A stretch of DNA of 64,000 nt from Candidatus Fermentibacteraceae bacterium (GTDB lineage: Bacteria > Fermentibacterota > Fermentibacteria > Fermentibacterales > JCC-6), in NCBI GenBank assembly GCA_016936235.1, contig JAFGPK010000005.1, positions 2,133 through 66,132 on the forward strand, in the 5' to 3' direction. The number at the start of each line of letters is the position of its first letter. Position 1 is the stretch's first letter. The notes beneath the pieces are model-generated. The model saw nothing but the letters and a program-made list of their open reading frames with translations. It made no database searches and was not told the DNA's origin. Below are positions 1 through 8,873 of this stretch, piece after piece. Position numbers and translations under genes: made by a program.

Positions 1-834
1 ACCTTCGAGACCTGCGCCTTTCCAAACCTGGAGTATCGGTTCGAGAAGGAACTGGGACCCGGTGAGGTCGTCCTGCTGACGGAGGACGGGTACGAAACCG
101 TTAAGGAACCCGGCGGGATGATGAGGATCTGCGCTTTCCTCTGGGTGTACTACGGTTTTCCGGCATCCAATTACGAAGGAGTGAACGTGGAGGATGCCCG
201 GAACAGGTGCGGCGAATGCCTGGCCAGGAGAGACGATGTGGAAGTCGACATGGTAGCTGGTGTACCTGATTCGGGTACCGGGCATGCCGTAGGCTACGCC
301 AACTATTCAGGGATACCCTACAGGAGACCGTTCGTGAAGTATACGCCTACCTGGCCCAGGAGTTTCATGCCCCAGAAGCAGGAGATGAGGGACCTTGTTG
401 CGAGGATGAAGCTGATCCCTATAAGGGAGCTGATAAACGGGAAAAGACTTCTCTTCTGCGAGGATTCCATCGTAAGGGGTACGCAGTTGAAGGACACCGT
501 GAAGAGGCTGTTCGATTCAGGTGCTTCCGAGATACACATGAGACCCGCCTGTCCTCCGCTTGTCTTCGGTTGCAGATACCTCAACTTCTCAAGGTCACGT
601 TCGGTGATGGACCTTGCAGGGAGAAAGGCGATACAGGAGCTGGAGGGCGACAACGAGAGTATTCCCGGAGCTTACCTTGACCCGGATTCGGCAGAATACA
701 CCGCGATGCTTGCCAGTATCAGAAAAAGGCTGGGTCTGACCACGCTGGCGTATCAGAGGCTGGAAGACCTGGTGGAGGCCATAGGCCTTCCGGGGGAAAA
801 ACTATGTACCTATTGCTTCGACGGGACCGAATAG
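1..834 (+). CDS. purF: amidophosphoribosyltransferase (5'-truncated by window edge)
   Basis: Frame 1 is open from base 1. Motifs: GVPDSG, PRPP-binding FCEDSIVRGT, and Fe-S cysteines (CAFLWVY, ACPP..GC, CTYCF). Confidence 0.95.
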   Translation, partial: TFETCAFPNLEYRFEKELGPGEVVLLTEDGYETVKEPGGMMRICAFLWVYYGFPASNYEGVNVEDARNRCGECLARRDDVEVDMVAGVPDSGTGHAVGYANYSGIPYRRPFVKYTPTWPRSFMPQKQEMRDLVARMKLIPIRELINGKRLLFCEDSIVRGTQLKDTVKRLFDSGASEIHMRPACPPLVFGCRYLNFSRSRSVMDLAGRKAIQELEGDNESIPGAYLDPDSAEYTAMLASIRKRLGLTTLAYQRLEDLVEAIGLPGEKLCTYCFDGTE

Positions 835-863
835 GAAAAGGCATTTGAACGAAGGGAACAAAA

Positions 864-1316
864 TTGCAGGCTGAATTCTACGCGCTGCTCACGGCCGTCT
901 GCTGGTCCGTGGGCTCTCTGATGGAGAAGACCGGGGTCCGTCTGGGAAACCTGACTCCCGTGATGGGAACCACTCTGAGGACCTTTTTCAGCCTACTGCT
1001 TCTGGCGATGCTGTCCGGACCATACTGGGGCGAGATCAAACAGGCTGGAACCAGACCTTTGCTGCTTGTGGCGGCCGGCGGTGGGATACTCGCAGGGGGT
1101 CTGGGAATCATTTTCCTGTACACGGGTCTCAAGCACGGGCAGCTATCATCGGTAATGACGATAGCCTTCTGTCTGACCCCGGTTCTGGGTGTGATACTGG
1201 GCGTACTCGTGCTGAGGGAGAAACTCAACCCTGTGCAGCTGGCGGGAATACTCCTCTGCATAGCGGGAGCGTCAATGACGGTTCTCTTCAAGGATACGGG
1301 GGCGCCTGCTCAGTAG
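864..1316 (+). CDS. EamA/DMT-family small transporter (single repeat)
   Basis: 150 aa with about 5 hydrophobic helices and the GVLVLREKL..QLAGILL EamA signature; TTG start after GAAGGGA. Confidence 0.8.
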   Translation: MQAEFYALLTAVCWSVGSLMEKTGVRLGNLTPVMGTTLRTFFSLLLLAMLSGPYWGEIKQAGTRPLLLVAAGGGILAGGLGIIFLYTGLKHGQLSSVMTIAFCLTPVLGVILGVLVLREKLNPVQLAGILLCIAGASMTVLFKDTGAPAQ

Positions 1317-2287
1317 CCGGCGGACAGATCCACCCTGAAGGGCATGCTGCCGCAGGATGCAAGGGCATTGATGGAACCGGCGATCTGACGGGCTCTTTCC
1401 ATCTCCAGTGCTTCAGTCCCGAAACCGCCGCCCATGTGCGGTGTCATCACTATGTTGTCCAGTGAGGCGAGATCGTGGCGGGACGGCGGAGTGCACGTCC
1501 TCTCATCCTCCGATTCCGGGTACCTGTACCAGACGTCTATTCCAGCGGCACCTATGGAGCCGCTGGAAAGGCTTCTGTAGAGGGCGTCCTCATCCACAAG
1601 CCCGCCCCTGCCGATGTTCACCAGTACGGACTTCTCATGCAGTAGACCCAGTTCCTGTTCTCCAATTATGCCAACGGTATCGTCGGTAAGGGGAAGTGTC
1701 AGTACAAGCACATCCGTATACGGGAGAAGCCTGTGAAGTGAAGCAGCAGGCAGAATCCGGACGCCGTCTTCCACCGTCTCCGAGACCGCGCTTCGCCTTA
1801 TGCCCGTGACAGAGGCCCCCAGGGCGCGGGCGGCCCTGCCGACCCTGCTCCCGATGTGTCCGTAGCCGAGGATAAGGACGGCGCTCCCGCAGATGAGAAG
1901 GCGGCCCTCCTGCCGGTACCTCCATGACCAGTCACCCTTTCTGAGCTCCCTGTCGGCGGGGATTATGAGCCTTGCGGCGGCTATCATCAGACCCAGGGCG
2001 AGTTCTGCGGCTGAATCGGCATTGTGGTGTATGTTGTGAACGGAGATATGCGGATGGTCCATCATGAGGAGGCGGGTACTCCGGGGCAGCCCTGCCCAGG
2101 GAAGAAGAAGGTGGGTGAGACGGGAGGAGCGTGCGATGAGGTCCGCGTCGGGTCTTCCCGAAACGAGTACATCGCAGTCGGCTGAAGAGCTGTCGGGCAG
2201 GATGGTCACCTCTTTCAGAAGGAGCGATTCGAGATGCCTCAGCATCTCCGGTGACCATTGCACATCGAGGAAAACCCTCAGCTCCAA
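1310..2287 (-). CDS. D-isomer-specific 2-hydroxyacid dehydrogenase (NAD-binding)
   Basis: GYGHIG Rossmann motif, LPLTDDT, VNIGRG, DVW..YP, TPHMGG. Confidence 0.9.
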   Translation of the reverse strand: MELRVFLDVQWSPEMLRHLESLLLKEVTILPDSSSADCDVLVSGRPDADLIARSSRLTHLLLPWAGLPRSTRLLMMDHPHISVHNIHHNADSAAELALGLMIAAARLIIPADRELRKGDWSWRYRQEGRLLICGSAVLILGYGHIGSRVGRAARALGASVTGIRRSAVSETVEDGVRILPAASLHRLLPYTDVLVLTLPLTDDTVGIIGEQELGLLHEKSVLVNIGRGGLVDEDALYRSLSSGSIGAAGIDVWYRYPESEDERTCTPPSRHDLASLDNIVMTPHMGGGFGTEALEMERARQIAGSINALASCGSMPFRVDLSAGY

Positions 2288-2416
2288 AATCCCTCCTCGA
2301 TTCGACGTTTATTCCGCTCACACTGGAACTCCTTTGCCGTATTGAATATCATATGAACAGGGACATCGTTTTCATAACCCGAGGGTCCGGCCGGCACCTA
2401 ACAGGGGAGGAAAGAA

Positions 2417-2833
2417 GTGAAGGTCCACGGCAAGACGATCACTGTGAACACCCGGGGCTTCTCGGACATCGTGAACCTGGGGACCGAGGTCCAGTCCGTC
2501 GTGAGCGATTCCGGAGCGGATGACGGGCTCGTGACTGTAACGGTCATCGGCTCCACGGCTTCGGTCACCACCATGGAGTACGAACCCGCTCTCGTGGAGG
2601 ACATGCGGGAGCTCCTGGAGAAGCTGGTCCCGCGGAACATCCCCTCGAGACACTCGGAGACCTGGGGGGATGACAACGGCTTTTCCCATATGAGGGCATC
2701 CCTGATGGGACCAGGGATCACTCTTCCCGTGGCGGACGGAAGGGTACTGACGGGCACATGGCAGCAGATCGTCCTCGTGGACCACGACAACCGTCCGAGG
2801 AGGAGGGAAGTAAGGATACAGGTACTCGGATGA
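2417..2833 (+). CDS. yjbQ: YjbQ/UPF0047 family protein
   Basis: GSTAS..T.E, H...DDNGFSHMRASL, GTWQQI..D motifs; RBS GGAGG upstream. Confidence 0.9.
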   Translation: MKVHGKTITVNTRGFSDIVNLGTEVQSVVSDSGADDGLVTVTVIGSTASVTTMEYEPALVEDMRELLEKLVPRNIPSRHSETWGDDNGFSHMRASLMGPGITLPVADGRVLTGTWQQIVLVDHDNRPRRREVRIQVLG

Positions 2834-2911
2834 GTCCCGGTTGCTGAAAGCATCCGCCCGGTTTATCATATTTCCGGTGCCGTTCCATATCGAGGGGCTC
2901 GACAGAGAGGA

Positions 2912-3895
2912 ATGATAATGCTCACAGGATCCGGAGGACTGATTCGCTCAGGCCTGTTCATGACATCGGTCCTGGCAGTTCTCATGGCCGCGGGATGCAT
3001 TTTCGATTCTGAACCGGAGGAACCCGGCTTTCCGTCCCAGCTCGATGCCACCATCTCCTTCCAGGCAATAGGCGACCCGGTCCTGTGCAAGTGCATGTCG
3101 GGATCCGGTCTGGCACTGGTGGCAGCCGGAACCAGCTTGGGAGTCATCGACATACAATCGGGACAGAGTCCCGTAGAACTCGCCCTGGGGGTGGAGATAG
3201 ACGATATAGCCGACAGCGATGCGGCTGGTTACGCCTGGGTGCTGGCCGACTCCCTGCTCTATCCGGTCGATCTGTCCGGACCTTCCCTTGAAAGCCCCGT
3301 CAGGCTGGGGGGAGGGGGAAGCTTCGTGACCGTTTCATCAGCGGGGAACCGGGCCCTTGTCTCCATGAACGATGACAGTATAACCCTGGTGGACCTGACA
3401 GGGATGCAGGTGACGACCCTTGCGGAACTCCAGATACGGGCCTGTCAGGGGATGGCCTTCGGAGGCGATGAGACCGTATACGCCGCACTGGGTTCGGAGG
3501 GCGTCATCGCCGGATACGAGACGGAGAACTGGACGGAGATCGGGCGGGTATCCGTCCCTGGTGATGTGATAGACCTCTTTCCCGGACCATCGGGGTATAT
3601 CTGCGTGATTGTGAACGGCAGCAACGAGCTGTGGTTCATCAGGACCAGCGACTGCAAGCTGTACAGTATGACCACCTTCCCCGAGACGCCACTGGCTGCG
3701 GCGTCGATGCCGGACGGCTCTTTCGCATACGCGACATGCGCTGGAAGCGGGCTCATGGTGGTTGCCGAGAACGGACAGATCGAGCTGCGCAGCCAGCAGT
3801 TCGGAATGCCTTCAAGCATTGACATCTCGCCTGACGGATCCAGGGCCGTGCTCTGCTCGACGGATGAGCGCAGGGTTTACGTACTTGTGAAGTAG
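2912..3895 (+). CDS. putative lipoprotein with YncE-like beta-propeller
   Basis: Lipobox-like LMAAGC; repeated ~40-aa beta-rich units (SMPDGSFAY, ISPDGSRAV). Confidence 0.6.
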   Translation: MIMLTGSGGLIRSGLFMTSVLAVLMAAGCIFDSEPEEPGFPSQLDATISFQAIGDPVLCKCMSGSGLALVAAGTSLGVIDIQSGQSPVELALGVEIDDIADSDAAGYAWVLADSLLYPVDLSGPSLESPVRLGGGGSFVTVSSAGNRALVSMNDDSITLVDLTGMQVTTLAELQIRACQGMAFGGDETVYAALGSEGVIAGYETENWTEIGRVSVPGDVIDLFPGPSGYICVIVNGSNELWFIRTSDCKLYSMTTFPETPLAAASMPDGSFAYATCAGSGLMVVAENGQIELRSQQFGMPSSIDISPDGSRAVLCSTDERRVYVLVK

Positions 3896-3908
3896 GACGA
3901 GCCCGGGA

Positions 3909-4778
3909 TCACTGGAAGGGCGGGATCAGCAGTTCCCTCAAGTAGTTGTTCCTCTCCACCAGTACATTCAGTGTGTCTTCCGAGAGCACGAGGAGTCCCC
4001 GGAGCGTTTCGGGATGATACACGGGGGTATCGTCGATATGGGTGATGAGGTCGCCGGGGCGGAGACCGCAATTCCAGGCCATGCTTCCCGTTATGACCGA
4101 GATTATCTGTATCCCGGAGGACCTTGATGTTGTCAGGGAGATGTTGGACAATGCGGTGACCCCGAAGGAGTACTCCGAGAAATCCCGTTCCAGGACCACC
4201 AGCCTTGCCCACATGTACCAGATCTGACCTGGATAGAGTACGAGGTAATCCCTTCCGTTGTCCTCAGGGAACTGCTGCGAAGGTCTGATTATACCCGTGA
4301 TCATTCCCAGGAAAGCCCCGCTGCCGTTGAAGACAGCGGCTCCCATCAGACCGTCCCTCAGCTCAGCGGAAACCAGGAAGGACCCGTCAGGGTATCGCTC
4401 GATGGCCCTGCCCCTGACCTCTATCATCCCGCCGAGCCCCTGGCCTACGATGATGATCTCCTCCCCTATGTCAGGTATTGTGCTGGAGGGTTCCTGAAAA
4501 TCATCGAAAACCTGATCATCGAAGCTCATCATTACAAGACCCAGGTCCGGGGAAATCACCATGGAGTCGGGGAAACCTATGCCGGAGGATGTCTCCACCG
4601 AGACGCTGTCGCCGGGGGAGAAGAGACACAGAGCCACGGCATGTCTGGGGGAAATCGATACCGCGGTGCACAGCTCGATGCCCCCGGGAGTGGTGCCGAC
4701 CCTCACGGTATGAACGTAATCCGTGATGTCCGCGGGCACCGCCGAGGCAAGGGAGGTGATCAGAAGAAGAAGGATCAT
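3909..4778 (-). CDS. secreted HtrA/DegS-like trypsin-fold + PDZ protein, catalytic residues apparently degenerate
   Basis: Signal peptide; GLMGAAVFNGSG in place of GNSGGPL; C-terminal PDZ (GS.AW..GLRPGDLITHID). Confidence 0.65.
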   Translation of the reverse strand: MILLLLITSLASAVPADITDYVHTVRVGTTPGGIELCTAVSISPRHAVALCLFSPGDSVSVETSSGIGFPDSMVISPDLGLVMMSFDDQVFDDFQEPSSTIPDIGEEIIIVGQGLGGMIEVRGRAIERYPDGSFLVSAELRDGLMGAAVFNGSGAFLGMITGIIRPSQQFPEDNGRDYLVLYPGQIWYMWARLVVLERDFSEYSFGVTALSNISLTTSRSSGIQIISVITGSMAWNCGLRPGDLITHIDDTPVYHPETLRGLLVLSEDTLNVLVERNNYLRELLIPPFQ

Positions 4779-4784
4779 GATCCC

Positions 4785-5255
4785 TCAGAAGGATATAAGG
4801 CTTGCCTGCCTTGTGTATTCCGAGAGCGGAGCCGTCCTGATGCCTGATTTCGAGTACAGTTGCATTCCGACGTTCTTCGACTGGTAGGAAGTGATCCCGG
4901 CGACGGTGCCGTCACTGAGGGATTCTCCCGGGGAGGACAGGGGAAGAAGGGTTATGGCAAGTATGAGTATGGCCGCAGCTGCCGGCAGGGTGAGCAAGGC
5001 GCTCAGCTTCCTTCCTGCGGTCCGGTTACGGTCCGACACGTTGCTCAGCATTCGGCGAACCTGATTCTCGAGGTCGTCCGGCGGCACAGGTGAAGGGAGG
5101 TTCCTGGCAACTCTCGAGATGTCGATTGACATCCGCATTGTCCTTCTGCAGGAACTGCATCCCATCAGATGGAAATCCAGGAGTCTCTTCTGCTGCCCGG
5201 TGGCCTCGCCGTCGAGAACGAGGCTCATTATCATCTGTGCCTTCGAGCAGTTCAT
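4785..5255 (-). CDS. zf-HC2 zinc-binding transmembrane anti-sigma factor
   Basis: Start reassigned to ATG 5255 (ATGA overlap with the sigma stop). MNC...LDGE...HLMGCSSC (HxxxCxxC) followed by one TM helix. Confidence 0.85.
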   Translation of the reverse strand: MNCSKAQMIMSLVLDGEATGQQKRLLDFHLMGCSSCRRTMRMSIDISRVARNLPSPVPPDDLENQVRRMLSNVSDRNRTAGRKLSALLTLPAAAAILILAITLLPLSSPGESLSDGTVAGITSYQSKNVGMQLYSKSGIRTAPLSEYTRQASLISF

Positions 5256-5845
5256 TTCCACTCTTCCCATACATCGTCCAGAAGCTCCCGGAGCCTGGCC
5301 CTTGCCCTGTTTATCCTTGATTTTACCGTGCCCAGCCTGATTCCCAGTATATCGGCGATGTCCTCGTAGGACATCTGGTCCTGCTCTCTCAGAATGAAGG
5401 GTTCGCGGTAGTGCGGGGGAAGCCGGTCCACCGCCTCCTCTATGGAAGCCCTCAGTTCGATTCTGCCGGCATTGTAATGGGGTGCGGTCTTGCCGGAGCT
5501 GGTAAGGTTGACATGTTCCAGCGGGACGCTGATCCACCTGGACCTCCTGCGCCATTCCTTCTTGGCCAGATTGCTGGCAATGGTGAATACCCAGTTCACC
5601 AGCTTCCTTTCCGGATCGAACTTATCACGGTACCTGTAAACCCTGCAGAAGGTCAGCTGCAGCATCTCCTGGGCGTCCTCCTCGTTTCCCAGCATCCTTA
5701 TGAGAAGGGAGTATATGGGAGCCTGGAAGCGCCTGATGATCTCGGAGAATGCATCTTCGTCGCCGCCGCAGAGGTCGACCATAAGCTGAGAGTCAGACCT
5801 CGGGTCCTTCTGCGTACGCTTGGAAGTTATGATCCTGCCAGTCAA
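5252..5845 (-). CDS. ECF sigma-70 factor (RpoE/SigW-like)
   Basis: Region 2 (DAQEMLQ..F, WVFTIASN) and region 4 (SYEDIADILG..LGTVKSRINRAR); TTG start after AAAGGTG. Confidence 0.92.
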   Translation of the reverse strand: MTGRIITSKRTQKDPRSDSQLMVDLCGGDEDAFSEIIRRFQAPIYSLLIRMLGNEEDAQEMLQLTFCRVYRYRDKFDPERKLVNWVFTIASNLAKKEWRRRSRWISVPLEHVNLTSSGKTAPHYNAGRIELRASIEEAVDRLPPHYREPFILREQDQMSYEDIADILGIRLGTVKSRINRARARLRELLDDVWEEWK

Positions 5846-5889
5846 ATCCGAACACCTTTCAGCTTGGGTGTCGCACTCGTTACATGTAA

Positions 5890-5916
5890 TATACCCTGAG
5901 GGGTGTATATTGTTCC
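5890..5916 (-). promoter_or_regulatory. putative ECF-type autoregulatory promoter
   Basis: Minus strand reads GGAAC-N16-GGTATA about 45 nt upstream of the sigma start, resembling the ECF consensus (G/T)GAAC-N16-CGTA. Confidence 0.45.
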
Positions 5917-5959
5917 AGCCCCGAATTACTTGACCTGAACAGCGTTTGTAGCAAAGATA

Positions 5960-7891
5960 GTGTCTACCATGAAAAAGAAAAGAGCCATGGGAAACAGCAG
6001 AAGCACCGTACGACGGATACTCTCATACGTGAAGCCCTACTGGAAGTGGATGACCGGGGCGATGCTGTGCATGCTCTTCTTCGCCCTGTTCAGCGGCGCC
6101 TCCCTGGGAATGATACTCCCTCTCTTCGACGACGTGCTCACTCCCGAGGAACGACCGGGGGAGACCGGCGATCTGATGCCCCTGCTCAGGGAGAACGCGG
6201 GGGATGCGTTCAGCAGGCTGGGATCCGAGATCGCGTCCCTGGATGCGGGCGGGGCCGCGGACGCGGCGGGAGACCTGGTGGAGGGAATCAGGAAGACCTT
6301 GCGGGAGGCTGATCCGGGGCAGGTCCTCCTGGCTGTCATCATCGGCCTCGTGACCATAGTCGTCCTCAAGAACATACTGGGTTTTCTTCAGATCTTCTTC
6401 CTCTCCAGGGCGGAGCAGGGTATGGTGAACGATGTCCGCAGGAAGCTCTACGACCATCTGCTGGAGCTGGATATGGGCTTCTACACGTCAGCCAGGTCCG
6501 GGGACGTAATGGCCAGGTTCACGTCCGACGTCGGGAACATGAACTGGGCCATGACCGAGATGCTGATGAGCATTCCAAGACAGGCCGTGCTGCTCCTTGT
6601 ATACCTGGGGCTTGCCCTGTGGGCATCCTGGAGACTGGCTCTGATTACTCTTCTTGTATTCCCCCCGGCCATGCTCTTCATCCTGATACTCAGCCGAAGG
6701 CTGAGGAGGAAGACCCACACCTCCCAGGAGAGGCTGGCTGATTTCTCAGCGATCCTTCAGGAGACCATCTTCGGCATACGCATAGTCAAGGCTTTTTCAA
6801 TGGAGAGATTCGAGTCGGGGAGGTTCGCGGGAATGCTGGAGGTCCACAGGAGGACCGAAACCTCGCTGCAGAGGGAGAGGGCCCTGGCCAGCCCTGTCAC
6901 CGAGACCATGGGCGCCATAGCCAGCGCCTTCATAATGTGGTACGGCGGGAAGGCCATACTCGCAGGCGGCGACCTGACCACGGGGCGCTTCCTGGTCTTC
7001 CTTGCGGCGGCGCTCTCAATGATGAATCCCGTAAAGACCATCAGCCATGCAAACAGCAGGATACAGAGCGGACTGGCTTCCGCGGAGAGGGTGTTCAGGC
7101 TCATGGACAGGGAGGTGGCCATACTTCAGCCGGTCGATCCCGCGCCTTTTGACGGCTTCTGCGAGTCCATCGAGTTCAGTAGCGTATCCTTCAGCTACGA
7201 CGGGAACTCGCCGGTGCTGCGTGACGTCTCCTTCACCATTCGGAAGGGCGAGATAGTGGCCCTCGTGGGACCCAGCGGAGGAGGGAAAAGCACCATAGCC
7301 GATCTAATCCCCAGGTTCTACGACCCCGACTCGGGGAAGATCCTCATTGACGGATACGATCTTCGCACCATAGACCTGGAGGTCCTCAGGCGGAGCATGG
7401 GCGTGGTCACACAGGAGACTGTGCTGTTCAACGACACCATCAGGAACAACATCGCCTACGGTGAGGACGGCATTCCAATGGAGAGAGTGGAGCTTGCCGC
7501 AGAGGTGGCCAATGCCATGGAGTTCATCCGGGAATTTCCCGGGGGGTTCGAAACCGTGATAGGCGAGAGGGGCACCAGACTCTCCGGCGGACAGAAACAG
7601 AGGATAGCCATAGCCAGGGCGGTACTGAAGGACCCGGACATACTCATCTTCGACGAGGCCACATCAGCCCTGGACACCCATTCGGAGAGAATGGTCCAGC
7701 AGGCCATAGACGGTCTGGTGGAGGGCAGGACCTCCCTGGTGATAGCTCACAGGCTCAGCACGGTCACCAAGGCATCCATGGTGCTCTACGTGGAGGACGG
7801 CCGGATAGTCGAGAGGGGAACACACCCGGAACTGCTGGAAAAGAATGGCAAATACAGAAAGCTCTACGATCTGCAGTTCGCAGTTCAGTAG
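5960..7891 (+). CDS. msbA: MsbA-like ABC exporter (fused permease/ATPase)
   Basis: N-terminal TM domain, Walker A GPSGGGKST, LSGGQ signature, DEATSALD; adjacent to a GT9 gene. Confidence 0.8.
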   Translation: MSTMKKKRAMGNSRSTVRRILSYVKPYWKWMTGAMLCMLFFALFSGASLGMILPLFDDVLTPEERPGETGDLMPLLRENAGDAFSRLGSEIASLDAGGAADAAGDLVEGIRKTLREADPGQVLLAVIIGLVTIVVLKNILGFLQIFFLSRAEQGMVNDVRRKLYDHLLELDMGFYTSARSGDVMARFTSDVGNMNWAMTEMLMSIPRQAVLLLVYLGLALWASWRLALITLLVFPPAMLFILILSRRLRRKTHTSQERLADFSAILQETIFGIRIVKAFSMERFESGRFAGMLEVHRRTETSLQRERALASPVTETMGAIASAFIMWYGGKAILAGGDLTTGRFLVFLAAALSMMNPVKTISHANSRIQSGLASAERVFRLMDREVAILQPVDPAPFDGFCESIEFSSVSFSYDGNSPVLRDVSFTIRKGEIVALVGPSGGGKSTIADLIPRFYDPDSGKILIDGYDLRTIDLEVLRRSMGVVTQETVLFNDTIRNNIAYGEDGIPMERVELAAEVANAMEFIREFPGGFETVIGERGTRLSGGQKQRIAIARAVLKDPDILIFDEATSALDTHSERMVQQAIDGLVEGRTSLVIAHRLSTVTKASMVLYVEDGRIVERGTHPELLEKNGKYRKLYDLQFAVQ

Positions 7892-7907
7892 GACCGATCC
7901 GGTCACC

Positions 7908-8873
7908 GTGCCCGGGAGGACAGGTCCCGCCGGCAGCTGCCGCAGCACCGCCGTTATCCGCCTGCATTCACTGGGAGATGTCGTTCTGGCCCAGCCGGCG
8001 GCTGCAAGGCTGTCGGAAGGCGGAAGCTTGTTCCTGGTTACCTCGCGCGAGTATGCGCCCGTCGCTGAACGCATGGAGAACGTCATCCCGGTGATGCACG
8101 ACCGGGAAACCGGTCTCCCCGGGCTCAGAAGGCTTCTCAGGGATATGGCTCCCGAAAGGATCGTGGACCTTCAGAACAGCATGAAGACAAGGCTGGCCAC
8201 TCTGGGGATGAACGTCACTGGCAGGTTCCGAATGGACAGGGGCCTGCGGAAGAGGGTGCTTCGGGGAGACCCTGCGACAATGCCGGCAAGGAGACTGGAT
8301 TTCCTCGGGGCCGCAGGCTTCACCTGGGGATGTGAGCCGAGTCTCGTGAGGTCCTCGCCGCCGCCGGAGGATCTTGCCGTTGGTCTGGGCGCGGGGGGAA
8401 GGTGGCGCCTCAAATCCATTCCATCGAGTGTCATAGCTGAAGCCGCCAGGCTCCTCATTGACCTGTACGGCGCAAGGGTGACCATTACCGGCGGCCCGGG
8501 AGAGGAGGACCTCGTCACGGAAACCTCCGCCTCGGTCATGAGGGATGGAGTGATGACCTATTGCGGGGAGGACGGGATCAGTGGCCTGATCGAAGTACTG
8601 GAAGGCCTCAGTCTGTTCGTGTCTCCCGACTCCGGTCCCGCCCATCTTGCGAAGGCCCTCGGTGTGCCGGTGATGGTGGTCTTCACTTCCACATCCCCGG
8701 CACTGGGGTTCTGGGAACAGGAGGGAGCGGGGATGTACACTTCCGGCAGGCTGGACTGCAGGCCCTGTCACAGGCACGGCGGCGAGGAGTGTTCCAGAGG
8801 GGACGAGGCATGCAGGAGGGGGATCCTTCCCCTGGACCTGGTCAGGAACGCCATGGAAATGGCGGTACGATGA
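7908..8873 (+). CDS. glycosyltransferase family 9 (ADP-heptose:LPS heptosyltransferase-like)
   Basis: IRLHSLGDVVL, VDLQ, PDSGPAHLAKALG, CRPC...C..C; start estimated at GTG 7908. Confidence 0.85.
   Translation: MPGRTGPAGSCRSTAVIRLHSLGDVVLAQPAAARLSEGGSLFLVTSREYAPVAERMENVIPVMHDRETGLPGLRRLLRDMAPERIVDLQNSMKTRLATLGMNVTGRFRMDRGLRKRVLRGDPATMPARRLDFLGAAGFTWGCEPSLVRSSPPPEDLAVGLGAGGRWRLKSIPSSVIAEAARLLIDLYGARVTITGGPGEEDLVTETSASVMRDGVMTYCGEDGISGLIEVLEGLSLFVSPDSGPAHLAKALGVPVMVVFTSTSPALGFWEQEGAGMYTSGRLDCRPCHRHGGEECSRGDEACRRGILPLDLVRNAMEMAVR

Noticed and set aside
8561-8869. N-terminal extensions in the ORF track for mutS (also anti-sigma, gatE, hpf, comEC, polA, ddl)
   Set aside because: Family homology and RBS or stop-start overlaps point to downstream start codons.
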